Source of the DNA: Delftia acidovorans NBRC 14950
GTDB taxonomy: Bacteria > Pseudomonadota > Gammaproteobacteria > Burkholderiales > Burkholderiaceae_C
DNA length: 32,000 nt
Reading direction: 5' to 3'
NCBI RefSeq assembly: GCF_001598795.1
Contig: NZ_BCZP01000001.1
Span: forward strand, 180,001 to 212,000
The stretch's first letter is position 1. Each line of letters begins with the position of its first letter. Made by a program: the position numbers and the translations under genes. Positions 1 to 10,180 of this stretch are shown one piece after another. The notes below the pieces were generated by a model, which saw only the letters and a program-made list of their open reading frames with translations, had not been told where the DNA came from and made no database searches.

Positions 1-201
1 GGCGCCCGCACGCCAGCCCTGGCCCGGCTGCAGCCTGAGGGCCGGCGCGGGCACCCCATCCGCCCAGGCCTGTTGCGGGGCGGTGATTTCCAGCGGGCCG
101 TGGCGGCAGAACAGTTCACTGCCCTCCAGCACATGCAGGTGAAGATCGTTGCCGGGGGCAAGATGGCGCAGTTCGAAGGAGCGGGTGTCGGCGTTGTGCA
201 T
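1..201 (-). CDS. 5' part of a small hypothetical protein (possibly DUF2917-like); continues past the window start
   Basis: Hand translation. ATG at 199-201 (minus) opens a frame with no stop down to position 1: MHNADTRSFELRHLAPGNDLHLHVLEGSELFCRHGPLEITAPQQAWADGVPAPALRLQPGQGWRAGA. About 82% GC at third codon positions. Divergent from the MocR-type regulator. Absent from the ORF track because it has no stop in the window. The family assignment is from memory only. Confidence 0.4.
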   Translation of the reverse strand, partial: MHNADTRSFELRHLAPGNDLHLHVLEGSELFCRHGPLEITAPQQAWADGVPAPALRLQPGQGWRAGA

Positions 202-303
202 GGTCTGTGTCCTGTGATTCCAGGCCCTCAAGCGTAGGCATGCGGCCTTCATCGGCACAGGCACAGCCCGCGGCTTGTTGCATCGCAGCAGTGCAGATGG
301 CGG

Positions 304-343
304 TGGATCTGTTCTGCTTTGTGGTCGATGGATCTGTATCTGT
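304..343. promoter_or_regulatory. Direct repeats TGGATCTGT (304-312 and 329-337) plus ATCTGT (338-343); candidate MocR operator
   Basis: Two identical 9-mers start 25 bp apart in the divergent promoter region. A third half-copy follows immediately. A further GTCGATCTGT (401-410) echoes GTCGATGGATCTGT (324-337). Confidence 0.3.
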
Positions 344-413
344 TGCGTAACAGCGCCTTGCGGCAAGATCCCGGGCAAGTCCTCTCGTCCCCGATTCGTT
401 GTCGATCTGTTCC

Positions 414-1898
414 ATGACCCTTGCTAGCGCCTCTCCGACCCTGTACCGCCGCCTGGCGGCCGACTACAGCCTGGCCATGGAACTGGGCACGCTAAAGGCG
501 GGCGAGCGCATGCCTTCCGTGCGCGAGCTGATGCGCCGCCATGAGGTCAGCCTTTCCACGGCGCTGCAGACGCTGCGGCATCTGGAGGACCTGGGCCAGC
601 TCGAAGCCCGCCCGCGCGTGGGCTACTTCGTGCGCGATGCCCGGCCTGCAGGCCTGGCCCCGGCCAGCGAGCCCGACCTGAGTCAGCCGGTGCAACCGCT
701 GCCGCAGCCACACTTCGCAGGCATCAATGAACACATTTCCCTGATGCTGGAGCGCGGCCGCCAGGCCGACGTGCGCGTGGACCTGGGCGGTGCCACGCCG
801 CCGCCCGAACTGTTCGATCGCGGCTACCTGAACCAGACCGCCGCCCGGCTGCTGCGCGAGCAGCCGGACCTGCTGGTGCTGGGGCGCTCCATGATGGGCA
901 GCCACCCCGATTTCCAGCGCGCCATGGCGCGGCGCGCGCTGGCGGCGGGCATCCATGTCGCACCGGCCGATGTGCTGGCGACCACGGGCAATTCCGAGGC
1001 CGTGAGCCTGGCGCTGGCCGCCGTGGCCTCGCCCGGCGACGTGGTGGCCGTGGAGTCGCCGACCTACTACGGCCTGCTGCAGGTGGTGGAGTCCTTGCAG
1101 ATGCAGGCGCTGGAGATTCCCTGCAGCCCGAGCACCGGCCTGTCCATCGAGGCGCTGGAGCTGGCCCTGCAGACCCAGCCGCGCCTGAAGGCCGTGGTGG
1201 TCGTGCCCGAGCTGCAGATGCCGCTGGGTACGCGCATTCCCGATGAGCACAAGGCCAGGCTGGTCGATCTGTGCGGCGCCCACGGCGTGGCATTGATCGA
1301 GGACGACTCCTATGGACTGTTCGTGGAAAGCGGCCAGCCCGTGCGTCCCATCAAGGCCTGGGATCGCCTGCCGGGCCATGTCATCTATTGCGAGGCCTTC
1401 AACAAGAGCGTGGCGCCGGGCCTGCGCCAGGGCTGGATGAACGCTGGTCAGTGGCATGGCCGGGTGCAGATGCTCAAGTTCGCGCGCAGCCGGGGCACCC
1501 AGACCCTGGCCCAGTTGCTGGCGGCCGCCTGCGTGGGCTCGCCCGCGCATCTGCGCAATCTGCAGCGCCTCAAGCAGCAGTTGCGGCGCCAGCGTGAAGG
1601 CATGGCGCAGCTGGTGGCGCGGTTTTTCCCGCTGGGCACGCGGCTGAGCCTGCCGCCCGGCGGGCTCAGCCTGTGGCTGGAGTTTCCGGCTGGCGTGTCC
1701 ACGTCCGCGCTGTTCACGCAGGCGCTGGCGCGCGGCATCCGCACGGCGCCGGGCAGCATGTTCTCGAACTCGGGGCGCTACGAGCACTGCATGCGCCTGG
1801 GCTGCACCCTGCCGGTGGATGCCGTGATCGAGCAGGCCTGCCGCGAGCTGGGTGCCATGGCCTGTGCGCAGCTGGGTCAGCCGGCGCGCAGTGGGTGA
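414..1898 (+). CDS. MocR/GabR/PdxR-type regulator: GntR-family winged HTH fused to an aminotransferase class I/II-like (PLP) domain
   Basis: N-terminal GntR HTH (LYRRLAADYSLAMELGTLKAGERMPSVRELMRRHEVSLSTALQTLRHLEDLGQLEARPRVGYFV) is followed by an aminotransferase-fold region of about 380 aa (GNSEAVSLALAAVASPGDVVAVESPTYYG ... FNKSVAPGLRQGW). The track ORF opens with TTG at 399. The first ATG is 414 and no clear SD precedes it. Confidence 0.9.
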   Translation: MTLASASPTLYRRLAADYSLAMELGTLKAGERMPSVRELMRRHEVSLSTALQTLRHLEDLGQLEARPRVGYFVRDARPAGLAPASEPDLSQPVQPLPQPHFAGINEHISLMLERGRQADVRVDLGGATPPPELFDRGYLNQTAARLLREQPDLLVLGRSMMGSHPDFQRAMARRALAAGIHVAPADVLATTGNSEAVSLALAAVASPGDVVAVESPTYYGLLQVVESLQMQALEIPCSPSTGLSIEALELALQTQPRLKAVVVVPELQMPLGTRIPDEHKARLVDLCGAHGVALIEDDSYGLFVESGQPVRPIKAWDRLPGHVIYCEAFNKSVAPGLRQGWMNAGQWHGRVQMLKFARSRGTQTLAQLLAAACVGSPAHLRNLQRLKQQLRRQREGMAQLVARFFPLGTRLSLPPGGLSLWLEFPAGVSTSALFTQALARGIRTAPGSMFSNSGRYEHCMRLGCTLPVDAVIEQACRELGAMACAQLGQPARSG

Positions 1899-1912
1899 CA
1901 GGCGAAAAACAG

Positions 1913-1960
1913 ACGCAAAGCGGGCACAAAGCGGATGCAAAACGGGCACAAAGCGGACGC
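1913..1960 (+). repeat. 22-nt tandem repeat, 2 full units plus a partial third (ACGCAAAGCGGGCACAAAGCGG / ATGCAAAACGGGCACAAAGCGG / ACGCAAAA...)
   Basis: Units at 1913-1934 and 1935-1956 match at 20 of 22 positions. The third copy starts at 1957 and runs into the A-tract of the terminator. Located between the MocR stop (1898) and the terminator. Confidence 0.8.
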
Positions 1961-1996
1961 AAAAAAACCGCCGGGCTTGCGCCGGGCGGTTTTTTG
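1961..1996. terminator. Bidirectional rho-independent terminator between the convergent MocR gene and rpmG
   Basis: A7 tract, then stem ACCGCCGGGC / GCCGGGCGGT (9 of 10 pairs), loop TTGC, then T6. It has an A-run on one side and a T-run on the other, so it can terminate both strands. Confidence 0.85.
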
Positions 1997-2018
1997 TCGG
2001 TACCGGGAACAGGCTGAA

Positions 2019-2189
2019 TTACTTCAGCTTGATTTCCTTGTACGTGACGTGCTTGCGAGCCTTGGGATCAAACTTCATGATCGCCATCTTCTCGGGCATT
2101 GTCTTCTTGTTCTTGGTCGTGGTGTAGAAGTGGCCGGTTCCTGCAGTGGATTCCAGCTTGATCTTTTCGCGTCCGCCTTTAGCAGCCAT
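2019..2189 (-). CDS. rpmG: 50S ribosomal protein L33
   Basis: [56 protein letters not shown] (56 aa), a typical bacterial L33. Internal start within track ORF 2019..2309, with the ATG complement at 2187-2189. Confidence 0.97.
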   Translation of the reverse strand: MAAKGGREKIKLESTAGTGHFYTTTKNKKTMPEKMAIMKFDPKARKHVTYKEIKLK

Positions 2190-2209
2190 GGTGTTTCTCC
2201 TTGAGGGAT

Positions 2210-2443
2210 TTAGGCTTGGCCACGGGCACGCAGGTCTGCGAGCACGGAGTCGATACCGTTCTTGTCGATCAGGCGCAGAGCAGCGCTGGAAACGCGCAGG
2301 CGCACCCAACGGTTTTCGCTCTCAACCCAGAAACGGCGGTATTGCAGGTTGGGCAGGAAACGACGCTTGGTCTTGTTGTTGGCGTGGGAAACGTTGTTTC
2401 CCACCATGGGCTTCTTGCCCGTTACTTCACATACGCGTGCCAT
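2210..2443 (-). CDS. rpmB: 50S ribosomal protein L28
   Basis: [77 protein letters not shown] (77 aa). GGAG lies 7 nt upstream of the ATG. Internal start within track ORF 2210..2602. Confidence 0.97.
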   Translation of the reverse strand: MARVCEVTGKKPMVGNNVSHANNKTKRRFLPNLQYRRFWVESENRWVRLRVSSAALRLIDKNGIDSVLADLRARGQA

Positions 2444-2610
2444 GAGGACACTCCGATAGTTGTACAGCCGCCGACGCTGATGCCCTGCATTTGCTGCATG
2501 GCTTGCCGGCAACCTCACCTCGCCATAAAGGGTGGCGGTAACCCCATGCTGAAAGTGTCCTGGCCATGCAAGCAAGGCGCGCTTCAAATTCAGCAAAGCC
2601 ACGGATTATA
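2444..2610 (-). promoter_or_regulatory. rpmB-rpmG promoter -10 (perfect TATAAT, plus-strand attata 2605-2610) and a structured 5' leader of about 155 nt
   Basis: TATAAT on the minus strand in the context GCTATAATCCG. In the leader RNA, UUGCUUGCAUGGC (plus 2563-2575) pairs with GCCAUGCAGCAA (plus 2491-2502), giving 12 bp with one bulge. AGGACAC (plus 2555-2561) is perfectly complementary to GUGUCCU (plus 2445-2451), which sits between the SD and the AUG. No good -35; that position lies in the trxB terminator stem. Confidence 0.5.
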
Positions 2611-2620
2611 GCGTCTCCAT

Positions 2621-2693
2621 GAGAAAAGCCCCTGGGCCAGCCAAACACGGCTGCAGCCAGGGGCTTTTGCCGCCCTGCGGGAGAGCAGGGCGG
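2621..2693 (-). terminator. trxB terminator region: two hairpins directly after the stop codon
   Basis: Hairpin A: CCGCCCTGC (2670-2678) / GCAGGGCGG (2685-2693), 9 bp. Hairpin B: AGCCCCTGG (2627-2635) / CCAGGGGCT (2657-2665), with inner CAGCC/GGCTG. On the minus strand hairpin B is followed by CTTTTCTC. Confidence 0.65.
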
Positions 2694-2710
2694 GCGGGGT
2701 GGCGTCCTGC

Positions 2711-3829
<1,119 letters not shown>

Positions 3830-3925
3830 TCATGCTCTGTTGCAAGTGCTTGCATTACGCTTGCGGGTCGCCCTGGCTGTTTTTGCGGCCAGTCCGAGGG
3901 GGCTGGGGTAAGCTCCCGCCTGCGT

Positions 3926-6289
3926 ATGACTTACTCATTGAACGCTCTGAACGCTTCCACATCCGCCAAGGGCAAATCCAGGTCTGCGGCGCGCCCCGGC
4001 ATGGTGGCGCGCTTCGGCCACGAAATGCTGCTGCTGGCGGGGCTGCTGGCCCTGGTGTTCTGGCTTGCCTCCATGCTCAGCTACTCGCCCCAGGATCCAG
4101 CGTGGTCCACCTCCGGGGCGGGACACGCGCGCCTGGTCGCCAACTGGATGGGCCGCGTCGGAGCCTGGCTGGCCGACGCCTGCTATTTCGGTTTCGGCAT
4201 GTCGGTCTGGTGGCTGGTGCTGGCCTCGCTGCAGACCTGGCTGTCTTCCTTTGCGCGCTGGCTGCGCGGTGGCGTGCCGCGCGACGGTGTGCCACTGCCG
4301 CCCCTGTGGCGCCGGCGCCTGCGCTTTTGGGGCGGGCTGCTGCTGCTGCTGGGTGCGAGCTGCGCACTGGAGTGGACGCGCCTGTACCGCTTTGAGAGCG
4401 TGCTGCCCGGCCCGGCCGGCGGCGTCTTCGGTTACATGCTGGGGTACCACAGCCTGCAGTGGCTGGGCTTCATGGGCTCGGGCCTGATCGGCATCTGCGT
4501 GGCCGTGATCGGCCTGGCCATGGTGTTCCGCTTTTCCTGGGGTCATCTGGCCGAATCCATGGGCGCACGCCTGGACGGCTGGGTGCTCTTTCTTTTTGCG
4601 CGCCGTGAAAAGGCCCGGGACGAAGCCGCAGGCCGCCGCGCTGCGCGCGAGCGCGAGGAAGTGGTGCAGGAAGAGCGCACGGAAAGCGCCGTGCAGCACC
4701 CGCAGCCCGTGCAGATCATCGAACCCGTGCTCCAGGAGGCTGCGCTACCCAGCGTGCGCGTGGTCAAGGAGCGCCAGAAGCCCCTGTTCTCCGAACTGCC
4801 CGACAGCAAGCTGCCCCAGGTGGATCTGCTCGATGCGGCGCAGCAGCGCCAGGAAAGCGTCTCGCCCGAGACGCTGGAGATGACCAGCCGGCTGATCGAA
4901 AAGCGCCTCAAGGACTTTGGTGTCGATGTGCATGTGGTCGCCGCCATGCCCGGCCCCGTGATCACGCGCTACGAGATCGAGCCGGCCACGGGCGTCAAGG
5001 GCTCGCAGATCGTGAACCTGGCCAAGGATCTGGCGCGCTCGCTGTCCCTGGTGTCCATCCGCGTGATCGAGACGATTCCCGGCAAGAATTTCATGGCGCT
5101 GGAGCTGCCCAATGCCAAGCGCCAGTCCATCCGCCTGTCCGAGGTGCTGGGCTCGCAGGTCTACCACGACGCCAAGAGCATGCTGACCATGGGCCTGGGC
5201 AAGGACATCGTGGGCAATCCGGTCGTGGCCGATCTGGCCAAGATGCCGCACGTGCTGGTGGCCGGCACCACGGGTTCGGGCAAGTCGGTGGGGATCAACG
5301 CCATGATCCTGTCGCTGCTGTACAAGGCCGAGGCCCGCGATGTGCGCCTGCTGATGATCGACCCCAAGATGCTGGAAATGTCGGTCTACGAAGGCATTCC
5401 TCACCTGCTGTGCCCCGTGGTCACCGACATGAAGCAGGCCGCCAATGGCCTGAACTGGTGCGTGGCCGAGATGGAGCGCCGCTACAAACTCATGAGCAAG
5501 CTGGGCGTGCGCAATCTGGCGGGCTACAACGCCAAGATCGACGAGGCCAAGGCGCGCGAGGAATCCATTCCCAACCCCTTCAGCCTCACGCCCGAGGAGC
5601 CCGAGCCGCTGCAGCGCCTGCCGCACATCGTCATCGTCATCGACGAGCTGGCCGACCTGATGATGGTGGTCGGCAAGAAGATCGAGGAGCTGATCGCGCG
5701 CCTGGCCCAGAAGGCCCGCGCGGCGGGCATCCACCTGATCCTGGCTACCCAGCGTCCCAGCGTGGACGTGATCACCGGCCTGATCAAGGCCAACATCCCC
5801 ACGCGCATCGCCTTCCAGGTCAGCAGCAAGATCGACAGCCGCACCGTGCTTGACCAGATGGGCGCCGAATCCCTGCTGGGCATGGGCGACATGCTCTACA
5901 TGGCCAGCGGCACGGGCCTGCCCGTGCGCGTGCACGGCGCCTTCGTGTCGGACGAGGAAGTGCACCGCGTGGTGGGCTACCTCAAGGAGCAGGGCGAGGC
6001 CGACTACATCGAAGGCGTGCTCGAAGGCGGCACGGCCGAGGGCGACAGCGAGTTCGGCTCGGAGTCCGGCGACGGCGGCAACGGCGAGAAGGACCCCATG
6101 TACGACCAGGCCGTGGAAGTGGTCCTCAAGGACCGCAAGGCCAGCATCTCGTATGTGCAGCGCAAGCTCAGGATTGGTTACAACCGCTCGGCGCGCCTGC
6201 TGGAAGATATGGAAAAGGCGGGCCTCGTCAGCGGTCTCACGGCCAGCGGGCAGCGCGAAGTGCTGGTGCCCGCGCGCGCCGGGGAATGA
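3926..6289 (+). CDS. ftsK: DNA translocase FtsK
   Basis: N-terminal membrane helices and a Pro/Gln/Glu-rich linker. Motor domain with Walker A GTTGSGKS and Walker [14 protein letters not shown]-terminal gamma winged helix ([30 protein letters not shown]). Start chosen at MTYSLNAL (ATG 3926); the track ORF opens at 3827. Confidence 0.95.
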   Translation: MTYSLNALNASTSAKGKSRSAARPGMVARFGHEMLLLAGLLALVFWLASMLSYSPQDPAWSTSGAGHARLVANWMGRVGAWLADACYFGFGMSVWWLVLASLQTWLSSFARWLRGGVPRDGVPLPPLWRRRLRFWGGLLLLLGASCALEWTRLYRFESVLPGPAGGVFGYMLGYHSLQWLGFMGSGLIGICVAVIGLAMVFRFSWGHLAESMGARLDGWVLFLFARREKARDEAAGRRAAREREEVVQEERTESAVQHPQPVQIIEPVLQEAALPSVRVVKERQKPLFSELPDSKLPQVDLLDAAQQRQESVSPETLEMTSRLIEKRLKDFGVDVHVVAAMPGPVITRYEIEPATGVKGSQIVNLAKDLARSLSLVSIRVIETIPGKNFMALELPNAKRQSIRLSEVLGSQVYHDAKSMLTMGLGKDIVGNPVVADLAKMPHVLVAGTTGSGKSVGINAMILSLLYKAEARDVRLLMIDPKMLEMSVYEGIPHLLCPVVTDMKQAANGLNWCVAEMERRYKLMSKLGVRNLAGYNAKIDEAKAREESIPNPFSLTPEEPEPLQRLPHIVIVIDELADLMMVVGKKIEELIARLAQKARAAGIHLILATQRPSVDVITGLIKANIPTRIAFQVSSKIDSRTVLDQMGAESLLGMGDMLYMASGTGLPVRVHGAFVSDEEVHRVVGYLKEQGEADYIEGVLEGGTAEGDSEFGSESGDGGNGEKDPMYDQAVEVVLKDRKASISYVQRKLRIGYNRSARLLEDMEKAGLVSGLTASGQREVLVPARAGE

Positions 6290-6318
6290 GCCCGCTTCCC
6301 CGCAATCATGGAGAAAGA

Positions 6319-6954
6319 ATGAAACGTCTGTTGACTGCAGTTGTGATCGCGGCAAGCGCGACGGCCTCGTGGGCCGATGGCCTCAAGAGCCTGGAGGCCT
6401 TCATGAAGAATTCCCAGGCCGGCCGCGCCGAATTCACCCAGGCCGTCACGGCCCCGTCCAAGGATGGCCAGCCGCCGCGCACCAAGAACTCCAGCGGCCA
6501 ATTCGAATTCCAGCGTCCCGGCAAGTTCAGGTTCGTCTACACCAAGCCGTTCGAGCAGACCATCGTCGCCGACGGCAAGACGCTGTGGCTCTATGACGCC
6601 GACCTCAACCAGGTCACGCAGCGCCCCCAGGCCCAGGCCCTGGGCAGCACGCCGGCCGCCATCCTGGCGTCGGCCAACGATCTCAAGGCGTTGAGCGCCG
6701 ACTTCGATCTGCAATCCGCGCCCGAGCAGGATGGCTTGCAATGGGTCCAGGCCAGCCCCAAGGACAAGAACGGCCAGCTCAAGAGCGTGCGCGTGGGCTT
6801 TGCGGCCGATGGCCAGCTTTCGGCGCTGGACATCCTCGACAGCTTTGGCCAGCGTTCGCTGATCCGCTTCAGCCAGCTGCAGACCCAGGCGTCCCTGCCG
6901 GCCTCGACTTTCGAGTTCAAGGTGCCAGCGGGCGCCGACGTGCTCAAGCAGTAA
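6319..6954 (+). CDS. lolA: Outer-membrane lipoprotein carrier protein LolA
   Basis: Signal peptide MKRLLTAVVIAASATASWA followed by LolA-like sequence (LKSLEAFMKNSQAGRAEFTQ ... GKFRFVYTKPFEQTIVADGKTLWLYDADLNQV). GGAGAAAGA lies upstream of the ATG. Sits directly after ftsK, as in E. coli. Confidence 0.9.
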   Translation: MKRLLTAVVIAASATASWADGLKSLEAFMKNSQAGRAEFTQAVTAPSKDGQPPRTKNSSGQFEFQRPGKFRFVYTKPFEQTIVADGKTLWLYDADLNQVTQRPQAQALGSTPAAILASANDLKALSADFDLQSAPEQDGLQWVQASPKDKNGQLKSVRVGFAADGQLSALDILDSFGQRSLIRFSQLQTQASLPASTFEFKVPAGADVLKQ

Positions 6955-7123
6955 GCCGCGCTGCCGCGCGGGGCAACCTTTCAGGCCGGTCACAGGCTGC
7001 GGTGCGCAGTTTGTGAGGTTTTGTAATGGTTTTGCCTAATATCGTCGAGACAATGGCGGCCTGTGGCCAGCGATTGTTTCGACGTCCCTCCGAGGACATG
7101 CTGGCCGGCTCTCGCATGCCTTT

Positions 7124-8650
7124 ATGAACCTCAGTCGCAAGTTGCCGCTCGCCATTGCCATGGCGCTGCTATTCACCCTCGCTGCCGGATTCTTCGGACT
7201 CTGGTCGGCCCATCGATCCCTAGGCGTCTTTCACGGCGATGTCCAGCGCCACATGGCGGCGGAACGCCTCGCCGCCGAGGTGGAAGGCCACTTCAAAACC
7301 CAGGTCCAGGAATGGAAGAACGTGCTGCTGCGCGGCTCGGACAACGCGCTGCGCGAGCAGCACTGGAAGGGCTTTCTGGCCGATGAGCGCGCCGTGCAGG
7401 ACAAGACCGCGGCCTTGCTGGCCCTGGTGGACGATGCCTCCCTGCGCGAGATCGCCCAGGGCTTTGTGGCGCAGCACCGGAAGATGGCCGAAGGCTACCG
7501 CGTGGGGCTGGACAAATTCGAGGCCACGGGCTTCGACCCCTCCGTGGGCGACATGGCCGTGCGCGGCGTGGACCGCGAGCCGGCCGAGCTGCTTTCCCAG
7601 CTCAAGGCCGGCATTGCGGCGCAGAGCAAGGCGGTGGCCGACGATGCCTACAGCAGCGGCAAGCACGCCACGGAGCTGAGCCTGGTGCTGATGCTGGTGG
7701 CGGCCGTGGCCGGCGTGGCCATTGGCTGGCTCATCACCCGTGCCGTGGTGGCACCGCTGCGCAGCGCGGTCCAGCTGGCCGAGAAGGTGGCCCAGGGCCA
7801 TCTGACCAATGCCATAGCGAGCGGCGGGCCAGACGAACTGGGCCAGCTGCTGCGGGCGCTGGGCGCCATGCAGGAGCAGCTGCGCAGCATCGTCGTGGAA
7901 GTGCGCGGCAATGCGGAGCAGGTGGCATCCGCCAGCTCGCAGATCGCGGCCGGCAACAGCGACCTGGCCCAGCGCACCGAGCAGCAGGCATCGGCCCTGC
8001 AGATGACGGCTTCGTCCATGGACCAGCTCGACTCCACCGTGCGCGGCAATGCCGATCACGCAGAGAAGGCCAACCTGCTGGCTTCGTCCGCCAGCGACAT
8101 CGCCACGCGCGGTGGCGATGCCATCTCGGCCGTCGTGGGCACCATGCGCAGCATCCAGGATGCGTCCGAGCGCGTGGTCAGCATCATCGAGGTGATCGAC
8201 GGCATCGCGTTCCAGACCAATATTCTTGCGCTCAATGCGGCCGTGGAGGCCGCGCGGGCCGGCGAACAGGGCCGGGGCTTTGCCGTGGTCGCCGCCGAGG
8301 TCCGCACACTGGCCCAGCGCAGCTCGGGCGCTGCGCGGGAAATCCGTGACCTGATCCAGGCCAACGCCCAGCGCGTGGCCCTGGGGGCCGAGGAGGTGGA
8401 CAGCGCGGGTGCGACCATGGCCTCGGTGCAGGAGGTGATTGCCAAGGTCTCGCGAATGATCGGCGCCATCAGCCACTCCAGCGGCGAACAGAGCGCTGGC
8501 GTGAGCCACGTCAACAGCGCCATCGTCCGCATCGAGGAGGGGACCCAGCAGAACGCCGCGCTGGTGGAACAGACCAGTTCGGCCGCCGAGAGCCTGCGCA
8601 AGCAGGCCCATCAGCTGGTCGAACTCATGGCGCGTTTCAGGACGGCCTGA
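7124..8650 (+). CDS. Methyl-accepting chemotaxis protein with a periplasmic helical-bundle sensor of about 160 aa
   Basis: TM1 ([21 protein letters not shown]), sensor region ([22 protein letters not shown]), TM2, then a HAMP domain. Carries the highly conserved MCP signalling hairpin [40 protein letters not shown]. Confidence 0.92.
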   Translation: MNLSRKLPLAIAMALLFTLAAGFFGLWSAHRSLGVFHGDVQRHMAAERLAAEVEGHFKTQVQEWKNVLLRGSDNALREQHWKGFLADERAVQDKTAALLALVDDASLREIAQGFVAQHRKMAEGYRVGLDKFEATGFDPSVGDMAVRGVDREPAELLSQLKAGIAAQSKAVADDAYSSGKHATELSLVLMLVAAVAGVAIGWLITRAVVAPLRSAVQLAEKVAQGHLTNAIASGGPDELGQLLRALGAMQEQLRSIVVEVRGNAEQVASASSQIAAGNSDLAQRTEQQASALQMTASSMDQLDSTVRGNADHAEKANLLASSASDIATRGGDAISAVVGTMRSIQDASERVVSIIEVIDGIAFQTNILALNAAVEAARAGEQGRGFAVVAAEVRTLAQRSSGAAREIRDLIQANAQRVALGAEEVDSAGATMASVQEVIAKVSRMIGAISHSSGEQSAGVSHVNSAIVRIEEGTQQNAALVEQTSSAAESLRKQAHQLVELMARFRTA

Positions 8651-9950
8651 ACGCGGTGGCCGGGGTCGGGCGCAGCCGGTCGTGGAGCGCTGCCAGCACC
8701 AGGGTGGCTGCCACGGGCAGGGCCCAGCCCATACCGTTGCCCGGCAGGCTGTTCAGGAAGGCCGGCAGCCAGTCCTGCCAGCCGGCCGCCTTGGCGGCAT
8801 CGACAAGACCGAACACCAGCGCCACGGCCAGCACCGGCGCGAACACGCGCTGCGCATTGCGCCACAGGCCTGACAGCAGGCTCAACACCACCAGGGCGAT
8901 GGCCAGCGGATAAATGCCCACCAGCACGGGGCCGGACAGGGCGATCAGCTGGGCCAGGCCCTGGTTGGATACCAGGATGCACGCCAGGCCAATGGCCACC
9001 ACCACCGCGCGGTAGGGCAGGCGCAGCATCTCGCTGAAGTAGGCGCCACAGGCGCTGACCAGGCCCACGGCCGTGGTCAGGCAGGCCAGGGAAATCACCA
9101 CGGCCAGCAGCAGGCTGCCGATGGGGCCGAAGGTGTGATCCACATAGCGCGTGAGGATGAGCACGCCGGTCTGCGCCTGCGGGGCGATGGACTGGCTGGT
9201 GGCTCCCAGATGGATCAGCGACAGATACACCAGGCCCAGGCCCACGGCCGCGATCACGCCCGCGATGATGGCGTAGCGCGTCTGCAGCCCGGTGTGGGAG
9301 ATGCCCCGGTCCCGGATGGCGTTGACGATGACGATGCCGAAGGCCAGGGCGCCCAGCGCGTCCATGGTCTGGTAGCCCTCCAGAAACCCTTCGGTCAGGG
9401 GCGCGACCAGGTAGTCGCCGCTGGCGCTGGTGGCGGCACCGGCCGGCAGCAGCACGGCGGCGGCACCCAGCACCATCAGGGCCAGGATCAGTACGGGCGT
9501 GATCAGCTTGCCGATGGTGTCGATCAGCTTGCCGGGGAACAGGGACAGGCCCATGACCAGCACAAAGTACACCGCCGAGTAGATGAACAGCGCAGTGCTG
9601 CTGTGGCCCACGAAGGGCGCAAAGCCCATCTCGAACGACACGGTGGCCGTGCGCGGCGTGGCAAACAGCGGGCCGAGGATGAGATAGATCAGCAGGCCCA
9701 GCACCATGCCGGCCTTGCGGCCCACGGGCGAGGTCAGCGCATCGAGCCCGCCGCCCACGCGCGCCAGCGCCACCACGGTGAGCAACGGCAGGCCCACGCC
9801 CGTGAGCAGAAAGCCCGTGGCCGCAGCGGCCGCGTGCTCGCCGGCGCCCTGGCCGACCATGGGCGGAAAGATGATGTTGCCCGCGCCGAGGAACAGCGCA
9901 AAGGTCATGAAGCCTAGGGCGATAAGGTCCCGGGTCTTGAGTGTTTGCAT
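8637..9950 (-). CDS. brnQ: Branched-chain amino acid transport system II carrier (LIVCS family)
   Basis: [37 protein letters not shown]... is a typical BrnQ N-terminus, and the 437-aa protein is polytopic. Internal start within track ORF 8637..10034. Its 3' end overlaps the MCP 3' end by 14 nt. Confidence 0.9.
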   Translation of the reverse strand: MQTLKTRDLIALGFMTFALFLGAGNIIFPPMVGQGAGEHAAAAATGFLLTGVGLPLLTVVALARVGGGLDALTSPVGRKAGMVLGLLIYLILGPLFATPRTATVSFEMGFAPFVGHSSTALFIYSAVYFVLVMGLSLFPGKLIDTIGKLITPVLILALMVLGAAAVLLPAGAATSASGDYLVAPLTEGFLEGYQTMDALGALAFGIVIVNAIRDRGISHTGLQTRYAIIAGVIAAVGLGLVYLSLIHLGATSQSIAPQAQTGVLILTRYVDHTFGPIGSLLLAVVISLACLTTAVGLVSACGAYFSEMLRLPYRAVVVAIGLACILVSNQGLAQLIALSGPVLVGIYPLAIALVVLSLLSGLWRNAQRVFAPVLAVALVFGLVDAAKAAGWQDWLPAFLNSLPGNGMGWALPVAATLVLAALHDRLRPTPATAFRPS

Positions 9951-10088
9951 GGATGCAGAAATGAAAAGGTCCCGCCTTGCCGCATGGCAGGCAGTTCCGG
10001 AAACGGTGGGAGGCGCAGAGCGAGGGGGCAGCAATGGCGCAGGCCCGATGGCCGCGCATGCCGCGCGGCCGGCTCCGCAAAGGGCAGC

Positions 10089-10118
10089 ATTTTAGGGCGG
10101 CGGCCCGAAGCGGGTGAA
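10089..10118 (-). promoter_or_regulatory. Candidate brnQ promoter: TTCACC, 18-nt spacer, TAAAAT
   Basis: On the minus strand, TAAAAT is plus 10089-10094 and TTCACC is plus 10113-10118. This predicts a GC-rich leader of about 130 nt containing GCCGCGC/GCGCGGC and other hairpins. Confidence 0.3.
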
Positions 10119-10160
10119 AAATGTCAGTGATTGCTCTTTATGAGATGCATGCAAACCATT

Positions 10161-10180
10161 CATGTCATGTGAGTGACATG
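10161..10180. promoter_or_regulatory. Perfect inverted repeat CATGTCA-N6-TGACATG inside an AT-rich island
   Basis: CATGTCA 10161-10167 and TGACATG 10174-10180. Neighbouring ATGTCAGTG (about 10121) and the palindrome TGCATGCA (about 10146). By hand count, 10111-10180 is about 41% G+C. Confidence 0.35.

Noticed and set aside
492-1949. Long alternate-frame and antisense ORFs throughout the track, for example 492..1949(-), 2427..3218(-), 2699..3679(+), 4745..6355(-), 7220..8611(-), 10522..11826(-), 14328..15383(-), 15217..16377(-), 16203..18584(-), 19241..20398(-), 21993..23267(-), 23942..24901(-), 24643..25632(-), 26126..27232(+), 27438..28463(+), 29406..31664(-)
   Set aside because: All lie opposite to, or out of frame with, genes that have unmistakable conserved motifs. 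Their translations are Arg/Ala/Gly/Pro/His-rich low-complexity strings typical of stop-codon-poor frames in high-GC DNA.
7011-7041. FliA (sigma-28)-type promoter for the MCP gene, based on GCCTAATA at 7034-7041
   Set aside because: It only loosely resembles GCCGATAA, and the expected TAAA -35 element about 15 nt upstream is absent (that sequence is GAGG).
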